From an uncultured virus (IMG/VR IMGVR_UViG_2558860259_000003) (taxonomy: Duplodnaviria > Heunggongvirae > Uroviricota > Caudoviricetes): a stretch of 64,000 bases of DNA. The DNA lies in the IMG/VR virus record IMGVR_UViG_2558860259_000003; one strand, given 5' to 3'. How positions within the stretch are numbered: position 1 is the first letter of the stretch; every line of letters begins with the position of its first letter. Shown piece after piece: positions 47,840 through 57,600 of the stretch. The notes under the pieces are model-generated. The model had not been told where the DNA came from, did not search any database, and saw only the letters and a program-made list of their open reading frames with translations. The position numbers were made by a program, and so were the translations under genes.

Positions 47840-48520
47840 ATGGGGAAGGGCGGCGGAAGTACCGAAGTCAAAGAAACAGCGAACGAAAAAGCAGCAGCGC
47901 AAGTTGCGGCGAGACAGTGGGATCTTTATTCCAATGAATTAAAGCCATTTGAAAATCTGTTTATTTCTAAGGTTGATAAGCTGAATAATGAACAAAAATA
48001 CGCCGATATTGCTGCTGATACCAATCTTGGCTATCAGTCTGAATTCAGCAAAGCCAGGGGGCAGGCAGCGACCAATCTTGCTGCCAGCGGTGTTGATCCC
48101 AGTAGTGGCAAATTTCAGGAGGCGTTGAACGATATTACCTCTGATCAAGTTGTTGGACAGATCGATACAACTAACCGCGCGCAGAGTTCCCAGGCTGATA
48201 AGTATGTCGCTGGCTTGCAAGATGTTGTTGCTATGGGTTCTGGACAGAAAGCAGATGCGTTGTCTGGCTATAGCAACATAGCGAACACCAGTTTACAGAA
48301 GGCGCAGAACGATGCTCAGCGGTCGCTCAGTGATCGGCAGGCTGTAGCTGGTGTGATTGGTGCGGTAGGTGGAGCAGCAGCACGTACTTACGGCATCGGC
48401 GGGGTCACGACCATGCCAACAGCATCGGCAAGCTCAAGCGGTGTTTTTGGTAGTGCTAACGGGGGTACGGGCAGCACTGGTGGTATGGGGTTATCAACCA
48501 ACTGGAAAAGCTATACATGA
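47840..48520 (+). CDS. Putative internal virion/ejection protein
   Basis: MGKGGGST start, Ala/Gln-rich, Gly-rich hydrophobic C-terminus. Confidence 0.65.
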   Translation: MGKGGGSTEVKETANEKAAAQVAARQWDLYSNELKPFENLFISKVDKLNNEQKYADIAADTNLGYQSEFSKARGQAATNLAASGVDPSSGKFQEALNDITSDQVVGQIDTTNRAQSSQADKYVAGLQDVVAMGSGQKADALSGYSNIANTSLQKAQNDAQRSLSDRQAVAGVIGAVGGAAARTYGIGGVTTMPTASASSSGVFGSANGGTGSTGGMGLSTNWKSYT

Positions 48521-48528
48521 GGTGAGTT

Positions 48529-48915
48529 ATGGGACAAGCAGCAGACACCTATGCTCGCCTCATCCGCGAGCAATATGACGACTGGTACAACCGTTTCTAT
48601 CCAAAACAGAAGGAATTGATGGAACTATCGACCAGCGGCCAGTTGATGAATAACCAACTGGCGCGTGCTGATGCGAATACTCAGCAAGCGCTCAATACCG
48701 CGCAGGTAGGACAGCAGAATCAAATGGCGCGGTATGGCGTGAACCAAGATCAGAAGGTTGGTGACAACAGCCTGGGTTTACGCTCCGCGCTGGCGACAGC
48801 GGGCGCGAAGAACGGCATCCGCGAAGGTGAGCAAGATCGACAAATGAACATTCTGACTGGCGGCAGTGCTAGTCTCAGACAGCAAATGAACATCGGCGGT
48901 GGGAGTAACAGCTAA
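48529..48915 (+). CDS. Putative internal virion protein
   Basis: GAGG RBS; Gln/Ala-rich. Confidence 0.65.
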   Translation: MGQAADTYARLIREQYDDWYNRFYPKQKELMELSTSGQLMNNQLARADANTQQALNTAQVGQQNQMARYGVNQDQKVGDNSLGLRSALATAGAKNGIREGEQDRQMNILTGGSASLRQQMNIGGGSNS

Positions 48916-49175
48916 TGGGATACGGCTTAATTGATATTGCGAGCCAAACTAGACAGCAGGCGTTGCAAGGGCTGAGTGATGTAGCAAGCCGAGAAACTCA
49001 GCGTGAACAGGCCAATGAGCAATTGAAAGCCCAGCAGAAGCAAGGGCAGATGAGCATGGCGGGCATGGGGGCCGGGATGGGGGCAGCGGTTGGTGCTACT
49101 TATGGAGCCATGGGAGGCCCGATCGGTATGGGGATCGGTGCCGCTGCTGGTCTATTGATGAGTGCGTTGTTTTAA
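48915..49175 (+). CDS. Glycine-zipper membrane/ejection protein
   Basis: GMGAGMGAAVG..GPIGMGIGAAAG. Confidence 0.65.
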   Translation: MGYGLIDIASQTRQQALQGLSDVASRETQREQANEQLKAQQKQGQMSMAGMGAGMGAAVGATYGAMGGPIGMGIGAAAGLLMSALF

Positions 49176-49184
49176 GGAGACGAT

Positions 49185-50516
49185 ATGGGCGTTCAAGGTC
49201 TGGCAGATGGTTTCTTGGCAGGGTTCAATACCGCAGATGCGGCCATTAGCCGTAACAAAGAGATGGGGCTCCGTGATGCTGCTTTCCAGCACCAGGTTAA
49301 AGACTCTGATCGAAATTTCAGTCTGCGCCAAGCTGATTTCGATTACGGCAAGGAAAGGGATCAGCGGGAATTTGGCTATAAGCAGGAACGCGACAAAGTT
49401 AGCGATCAGCAGTTTGGGCAAAAGCTTGCACTTGACCAGCAGCAGGTAGGTATCAGCCGCGCCGGACTCGGTTTGCGTGCGCAAGAGCTGGGCATGCGCC
49501 AGAAGGAGTATAACTACAAAATGATGCAGGAAGATCGCAACCAGAGGTTGCAGAACGAAATGCCCATTGTGCAGACGTTTTATAAGCAACTGGAAGAAAC
49601 AGGAAAGGTAGATCCAGAACTTTACTCCCAGATTTCGAAAGATAACCCACTTAATCCCAGTCGCTTCTTCGGGCAGGATGCCATCAATAACGTGATGGAA
49701 ATTAACCATGTGATGCCAAAAGTGTTGTCAGGCGACGTGAACTATAACGAGCCGAAGGTTATTAAATTGATGGACTCAGTTTTATCGACAGACATTAGAC
49801 GCGGCATCGGTGAAGTTGACCCTCAAACCGGTAAGAAGATTGTTGGCAAAGAGTTGCGACACATTGGTGTCAGCGAAGATGGGCAATTCATTATCCCGAG
49901 CCTCACCGTCAAGTATGATGATGGAACAAGTGCACGTAAACCAATGACGCATTACGGCTCTGCTGATCTGCGTGATGACCAAGTTGCTCAAATTCCTGTT
50001 GCCAACATCATGGACAAGATCCGTGGTTATAGTCAAATGGTCGGGCAGCTCAACCAACCAGCACGTGTAGAGTTTCTCAACAACATGATTAATCCGCCAG
50101 ATAAAGCAGCTGTGCGCGAAGAGTCCAAGGGATTTCGTCGTGACATGCTTGAAGTGGGCAAGGCGCGAGCTAAGGCTTTGGCGGGAGCAGAACCTGAAAA
50201 TATCCCGGCAATTAATGCGCAGTATGACCAGTTACAAAATCAAGTGTTACAATCCTATGGACAAGATGCTAAATCTTTACCAACAGATGATCCTGCTTAT
50301 CAGGCATTCTCTGCTGAATATCAGCAGACTTTCAAAGAAGCGCCAGATATGACAAAGCAGGAAGATATACAAGCATTTCAGTCTTGGAAAAATCAGAAAG
50401 GATCTGCGGCTCCCTCGGGTGCTGGAGAAACACCTCAACAATTACCAGAGTCAAAAGAAAATTCACATACAGCTCAACAATTAAGAGAGTTCCGTCGTTT
50501 ATCTCAGGGTGATTAA
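49185..50516 (+). CDS. Putative DNA-ejection (pilot) protein
   Basis: GLADGFLAGF N-terminus, charged coiled region. Confidence 0.65.
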   Translation: MGVQGLADGFLAGFNTADAAISRNKEMGLRDAAFQHQVKDSDRNFSLRQADFDYGKERDQREFGYKQERDKVSDQQFGQKLALDQQQVGISRAGLGLRAQELGMRQKEYNYKMMQEDRNQRLQNEMPIVQTFYKQLEETGKVDPELYSQISKDNPLNPSRFFGQDAINNVMEINHVMPKVLSGDVNYNEPKVIKLMDSVLSTDIRRGIGEVDPQTGKKIVGKELRHIGVSEDGQFIIPSLTVKYDDGTSARKPMTHYGSADLRDDQVAQIPVANIMDKIRGYSQMVGQLNQPARVEFLNNMINPPDKAAVREESKGFRRDMLEVGKARAKALAGAEPENIPAINAQYDQLQNQVLQSYGQDAKSLPTDDPAYQAFSAEYQQTFKEAPDMTKQEDIQAFQSWKNQKGSAAPSGAGETPQQLPESKENSHTAQQLREFRRLSQGD

Positions 50517-50601
50517 TGAACAAATATTTTTTCATTCTTCCCGTCACTCCTGAAAATGACAGGGATATAATCAATAGCTTTAAGTATTTATTTTTCTAAA
50601 G

Positions 50602-50865
50602 CTATTTAGAATTTTTTGTTAATTCATCAATAGCATAAAGTGCAATGATATCCTGTAAATTACTCCCTAGTAGTCTAAGCATATGATCAGCAACAGTGAG
50701 TGATAATTGCTGATCATGTTTTTCATTTAAAATACGTTTAATTTTGCCGTAATCCATGTTTAGATTGCAAGCAAGCCATTTTTTACTAAGTTTACATGTT
50801 TGTAATCTAAGTTTTATTTCTTTAACTACGATTATTTCTATGTGTGCTTTTTCTGGTGTTATCAT
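50602..50865 (-). CDS. Small HTH (XRE-like) regulator in AT-rich moron
   Basis: KLSKKWLACNLNMDYGKIKRILN; opposite strand to the late operon. Confidence 0.6.
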   Translation of the reverse strand: MITPEKAHIEIIVVKEIKLRLQTCKLSKKWLACNLNMDYGKIKRILNEKHDQQLSLTVADHMLRLLGSNLQDIIALYAIDELTKNSK

Positions 50866-51227
50866 AATTCTCTAACAACTAAGTGGCCGAAAATAGGCCA
50901 TAAAATTTTTTACTATATATTTCATTTGGATGGCCTATAATAGGCCACTGGTTTTGTTGTGTTTTTGTGATATTAATCACGTAAAAAATGAAAAGGAAAT
51001 TATATATTCATAAAGTGAGATGTGAAATGAATTTTCATTTTTTTACATTAGCTGATATTTTGCTGGTCAATATACTGATTGATAAGTACATCTAAACAAA
51101 ACAATAATTATCATCATAAATAAAAATTACAAATTTAAGCCTCACTTTATATTTAACACCAAGGAGATACAGTATATTATCTGCGATTGTAGATAGTATT
51201 CATTAGCGTATAGCCGAGGTGATTACT

Positions 51228-51323
51228 ATGGATGGAATTCAATACATTGAATTTGATTATCAATACACAATTTACACTGAAGCCATCGCCGCGTCGTTGT
51301 CGTTTAGGTTGGTGTGCTTATGA
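51228..51323 (+). CDS. 31-aa peptide (absent from ORF track)
   Basis: GAGGTG RBS; MDGIQYIEFDYQYTIYTEAIAASLSFRLVCL; ATGA-coupled to the next ORF. Confidence 0.4.
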   Translation: MDGIQYIEFDYQYTIYTEAIAASLSFRLVCL

Positions 51324-51493
51324 TGTTCGGGGGAGAGGATAGGATTGCAAGTGTGTTGGCGTTGCTTGAGCTACTTTCGCATTGTGACGATGACACAAAG
51401 ATAGAGACAGTGCAAACAACAGCGCTACTCGGATGGAGCTTACTCAAGGGAGTAAAATCACAGCAAACACTTAAACCGCTTAACAGGGAATAA
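51320..51493 (+). CDS. 57-aa hypothetical protein (absent from ORF track)
   Basis: MMFGGEDRIASVLALLELLSHCDDDTKIETVQTTALLGWSLL...; coupled to the previous ORF. Confidence 0.4.
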   Translation: MMFGGEDRIASVLALLELLSHCDDDTKIETVQTTALLGWSLLKGVKSQQTLKPLNRE

Positions 51494-51520
51494 ATAACGC
51501 GCTAGATTACAGAAAGATGC
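51480..51520 (+). promoter_or_regulatory. Late promoter 3 (upstream of giant gene)
   Basis: TTAACA-17 bp-TAGATT with ACGCGC and CAGAAAGATGCC; two terminator hairpins follow (51520-51553, 51566-51598). Confidence 0.7.
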
Positions 51521-51632
51521 CAGAGTGTGCTTAGAAGCAACTCTGGTTTTTTTATGCCTCAAATTGGCCCTGCCAGGTTTTCCTGGTGGGGCTTTTTTGT
51601 AACGACAAAACTCATAAACTCTGGAGCCAAAC

Positions 51633-54600
51633 ATGGCCAATGACCCTCAACAACAGCGACCTGAAGAACAAATACAAAATGCAAATCGCGAATCCCTAAA
51701 CATCCGGCAACCAGGTGAAACTACCCATACCGGGTTTGATTGGGAACAAGTGCGCAAAGCTCGCGAGGCCGCTGGACGTAAAACAGTGGTTAATGATCCG
51801 AGTATTGGTGCTGGAGATGTTATGCGTGCAGTGAGTTCCGCGCCGTTTGAAATGATCAAATCAAGTGCGCAACTCTTTGAGGCCGGTAATGAATTCCTTG
51901 ACAGAAAAGCTGCTGATTATCGCTCAGGAGAGAAAAAGCCACTGATAGATATCAAAGTGGATCCAGCGATGCTTCAAGTGATGCGTGATAATTCAGGTAA
52001 CGTATTATCAGAGGCTGGATCGGCAACAATAAACCATGCGGGGAAACTTGCAGGCGCAGCTACTGAGGCTATCCAGAGTGGCTACAGCGAGGGGGCAAAG
52101 CAGGCGGCAGCCATGCCATTTGTTGTGGAGGATAAAGAGAAAAACTTCCATTTAGGCTCTGGCTTCTTTGATAAAGACGCCTGGCTGATGAATGCGATTC
52201 CCACCGTCACGCAGATACTTGTCGCTGGAGGAACATCTAAGCTTGGCTCTGCTGCGACCCGCAATGTTGTTGAAAAAGCAATGTTCAACAGGTTGAGCCA
52301 AAAGTTACCGGAGGAGGCTGCGCGCCAAATGGCCAAGGAAACTGCTGAATTGGCAGCCGCCAGGGCAGGTAAAACAGCATTCGTCGGTGCCATGACGGCC
52401 AGCGCGCAGGGTAGTGGCGGTAATGATATGCGCGAACAGATCAATATCCTACCGTTTCACGATCTGATTGAGAGCCCAACATTTCAAAAGGCTTTTAACA
52501 GCATCGATACTAACCCCGCGAACGCCAACCTCAGCGACACACAAAAGTTAACGTTGGCACGCAGCCAGGTTGCGGATCAAGCCGCGAGTGCAGTTACTGC
52601 TGATCCGAAAATGTTGATGTTAAATTTAGCGGCGTCCACTTTAGGTGACCACACGTTATTCCGCATGATGACACAAAGAGGTGTTGCATCTGGATTATTG
52701 CCTAGAGCTACAGGAATGGGGACTCGTGGGGTTTTAGGTGCCGCTGCAGAAGGCATCACGGAGTATGGTCAAGGTTCTGGGCTACGTTATACCCAGAACC
52801 AAGAACTCATTGGTAAGGCTGCGCAAAAAATTGATCCCATGAAAGATGTTCTATTGACGGGTTTCAACCAGGCAGTAGTGGGCATGGGGATCGGTGGTGC
52901 CATAGGGGCTGGTAGCGGTGTCCGAGGTCGTCGATCAGCACCAGAACAACAGCCGCCGGTCACCACCCCGGACATCAACGCACAACAAGACGCTTCACCG
53001 CAGCCAACGCCAGGGCAGTTTGCCAACGAAGAGGCCGCAGGCGCAGCAGCGACACGCGTTGATAATTTCCGTGATATCCCTGCATACCTGCGCCAAGATC
53101 CGCGTATCCAAGGTTTTGCCGAAGATAACGAAGTTCAGCAGGCATTGGCAGAACAACAGGTATCTCCAACAGCAGAAGAGTTGATTCAGCAGCAAATTGA
53201 AGCTGGTGATCAAGGTTTCACGCCAGAAGAGTTGGCAGCACAAGAGCGTGCAGATCAAGCTCGTGAAGAGCTCATCCCGCGACTGCCAGCACCCGGTCAA
53301 ACCTCGGTGATCGCCATGCCTGGCGAAATAGCTAATGTGAATGTTGATGAGGTGCAGGCTGGTACTGGGCCGCAGTTCAGCGGAGGTGAACGAGTGCGGG
53401 GGCAGGAGTTTATTCCGCGTGAAAATCAACCAAGTAGTGAAGTGGGACGCGCAAACCAAACCTATGATGGCGAAGTGGTACCAACAAACGCTATTGAGGA
53501 CAGGAACATCATTTTTACCGATGGCCCAACACATAATACTGATGAGATACAGTCAGGAGAACCACCTGCATTTACGAGAGGGGAAACTCGTAATCAGCGT
53601 AATTTACGTGAGTATGCTAATGCCGTTGGTGCGAATAACCAATCTGGCACATTACCGGATGGTCGGCATCATGTTAATGGCACACCTGTTGATGCACAAA
53701 CGGAAGCCTATGCTAAGGGGCAATTGCCTGGGGAGTTGATGTTTATGTCCAGCGGTAGGCCGTTTCCGAGTGAACATTACGCCAACGTTTCGCGTTGGGG
53801 AAAAACTCCAGGTTCATCTATTGAGCCAGTCGAAGGAGGTTTTGCTGTTCGTATGCCGCCAAAAGAAGTAACAGCCACACCCCAGGTTGACAATAGTGCT
53901 GGTGAACTGATCGTTTCTGCCAGCGGAAAGCCATTTGCCTCGGAACGAGCCGCTGGCGCATCCCGCTGGGGGAAAACGCCTGGAGCTGCTGTAGAGCCTG
54001 TTGAGGGTGGCTTTGGTGTCAGGATGCCAATTGATAAATCTGGTCAAACTGAAGCAACTCAACTGACGGTAAATCCCCGGCAGCCTGAGGTTCAGAACCG
54101 GCAGATGACCACTCCAGAAGAAACAAACCGGATTGATGACTTTGGTGAAGAGATTAAAGGTGCAGCGAAACACAAATGGGGTAAGTTCTCTGAAGCCATG
54201 GAACAGCAAACTACGGATGAACAGTATCGTACTGAACCGCTTTCTAAACTGTTTCCGCAGCCAGACTACAGCAAGATGTCTACAGATGGCGTAAGCCATG
54301 ACAAACTTGCGATGATCGCTATTCTTCGAGCACAGATCCCTGCAACTAAACCGAAACATCTCCTGCAACGTTGGGTAGACTCCACTCACGCAATGAAAAC
54401 GCTGTCATCTCAGGTGCTGAATGGGCAAGTCACCATTGATGAGTTACGTCAACGAATGAGCAGCGGGGCGCTGGCGGGTATGAAAAATACTCACGATCTC
54501 ATTGCTTCGCTGCCACCCGAGCAGATGGCCAGCGCATCAAAGTACCGCGTTAGCCATTCAAGCTATTCTGTTTATGATGGCAAGAGATATCCAAACGGTC

Positions 54601-57600
54601 ATGCGGTCTATGAGCTGGAAACGGCCAAAGGTGCCAGCGTTCGCGGGGTGGCTGACACGGACAAGGCTACCTTCATGGAAAAGGCCCGCGCGTATATCGA
54701 GCAGGAGAGTGGCCGTGCACCTGCTCCAAAACAGACCGATCTTGGTATCTATGCCAATCGCCTGACGCGAGATGTGTATATTGGCTACAAAGGGGCCAGC
54801 GGCGTAACAAACGTCAAAGGTGGCTTTAAGGATCCGCGTGCTGCTCGCGATTATCTGAAAGAAAACCGCGCGGAATTGGAGGCTCAGATTGCAAAGCAGC
54901 GTGAGCAGGCAAGAGCAGAACAACGCCGAGAAAGTAACGAGCGAAGAATAGGTGAGTTAAGGCGCACCTCTGATGTGACGCCAGAAAAATTTGACAATGA
55001 GTTTGGATTTCGTGGCGTTCAATTTGGCAACTATGTTGAACCTGGACGCCGCCAAGCAGAACTGAATGACGCTTACGATAGCCTAATGGATATGGCTGAT
55101 ATTATCGGTGTCCCGGCAAGGGCAATCTCATTGAATGGAGAGCTCGGGTTAGCATTTGGTGCGCGTGGCCGTGGTGGCCCCAATTCTGTGAAAGCCCACT
55201 ATGAGCCCGGTGAAGCAGTGATCAATCTGACCAAATCAAAAGGGGCTGGTTCACTGGCGCATGAGTGGTTCCATGCACTTGATAACTACTTTGGACAGGC
55301 AGATGTCGGAGGCGGTCGTGGGAATACTTTCGCAACCAGCCGCCACCGGCAGCGGATGCAGGTCAAAAATGGAAAGGTAGTGGTCGCTGAGCATCCGGTT
55401 CGCAAAGAAGTTTGGGATGCGTTTCAAGGGGTGAAGAAAGCCATCAATGAAAGCGGGATGGTGGCGCGAGCCCAGAGGTTGGATGAACTACGTAGCAAAC
55501 CTTACTGGTCAACGGATCTGGAAATGGCAGCTCGAGCTTATGAGCGTTATATCCTTGAGCGCGCCGAAGCCAAAGGCATCAGCAATGATTATCTTGTTAA
55601 CCTAAAGAAGTCGTATGAACATGCCAATCCTGAAACGTATGCTTATCCCACTGAGGCAGAACTGAACAGTGGTGTTCGTGCTGCATTTGATACGCTGTTT
55701 AAGACGCTGAAAACCAAGCCAACAGAAAAGGGGATCGCGTTGTATTCTCGCGACGGGGCTGACATTGGCGATGGCAATATTATCACAGAAGGAAGCTTTG
55801 ACGTCGAAGGTGGCAAGCCAGAAAAAGGGATGACGAAAGTATATGCTCAGCGAGTTGCAGATTACTGGGTTCGCCGGTTGAATGGTGCGGCCAAGATTAA
55901 GGTTGAAGTTGTTCAGACGCAAACGGAAGCGGCTGACATGATGCCTAACGGCATACCGAAAGAGTTCGGTACTGTACACGCGATTTATCAACCTGAGCTT
56001 AGTCGGGTGATTGTTGTGGCCGATAACATTGCCGACGGCACCCAACTGCGTGCTAAGTTGCGACATGAGATTTTAGCGCACCATGGGTTGGCATCCGTGA
56101 TCGGTGATGTGGAGTACGACCGCATCATTCGGGTGCTGCATCAGACGCGCGATAGCAAGAATGCTGACATTCAGAATGTCTGGAAGCAAGTGAAGAAATC
56201 CTATGGCAATGAATCCGCAGAAGTGCAAGCCAATGAGTTCCTGGCTCATATGGCCGAACGATCAGAGCTGACCGGGTTGGGGGCGGTGTGGGATCGCGTT
56301 GTTTCTACTATCACCAATGCATTCCGCAAAATGGGTTTCTTCAATCCAGGCGATATCACGCCAGCGGAGATCCGTAATATCTTGCGTTCCATAGCTGGCC
56401 GATTCAAGCGTACTGCGATGTATGAAGGAGAGCAGCCTGGCACGCGTGAGTTTGATAATACGTTTAGCCGTACTGATGCTCTGTATTCTCGTGCACCAAC
56501 AATGGACGAGATCACCAACCACAAGATGGGATTTAACGTTGAAAGGGGGAAGGTCGATAAAGCGAAAGACTTCTTTGGCCAGATGCGGAGCAAGAATAAG
56601 GACGAACTCAAGAGCTGGCTCCATGAGATTGGACGCAGGCTGAATACTAAAACCTTCGACGGCATGGCACCATTGAAATACGCCGAAGATGCTGCTGGTA
56701 AATCCGATGCTCGATCATCTGCATATGTTGGCGCGCGTATGGCGGCGGGTGCTGGTTCTGTAACGGCGGCCACGCTTGAGCATGGTTTGCCCAAATACAA
56801 CAAGGCCGAAGGTGTTATTGAGCGCCAGGCTAATACCGGCAAAGAAGATTCACTGATCGGTATTCTTGATGGCCTTGGCAATCATCGCGAAAACTTCTTA
56901 AAGTGGATTGCTGGCCATCGTTCTGAGCGGTTAATGGCCGAGGGCAAAGAGAATAACTTCACTGCTGATGAAATCGTCTACATGAAAGAGCTAAACAAAG
57001 GCAATGAAGTGCTGTTTGATGCCCAGAAGAAAAAATACGACGCATTCATCAAGTCAATTTTGGATCTACAACAGGATATGGGGTTGATTGATCCGACGAG
57101 CCGCGCAAATTGGGAAAGTGCATGGTATCTACCTTACTACCGTGAAGCTGAAAACGGTGAGGTTAGGGGGCCGTGGACTTCACGTGGTATTGCTAATCAA
57201 AGCAGTACCGTTCGTCGGTTAAAAGGCAGTGAACTTACTATCAAAGATCCGATTGAGAACCTTTTCAACTATGTAGCAAAGTCGATTGATGCTTCGATGA
57301 AGAATGAAGCGATGCGTCGTGCCGTAGTTAATCTTGCAGATACCGGCGTGCTGGAGGTGATCGACTCGCCAAATAAGCTGGATTTTGAGCGCATTGGCAA
57401 GGATGTGGTGAAGGTGTTTACCAATGGTAATGAACAACTGGTCAAAGTTGTGGATCCGGAATTATATAGGGCATTCACAATGATCGATTTGGAACGTAGT
57501 AATTCGGCATTCATGAAGGCGGCTCGCCAGGCCAAGAGAGTGCTGACAATCGGCACAACCAGTATGCCAGACTTCATTGTTCGTAACTTTATTCGTGACT

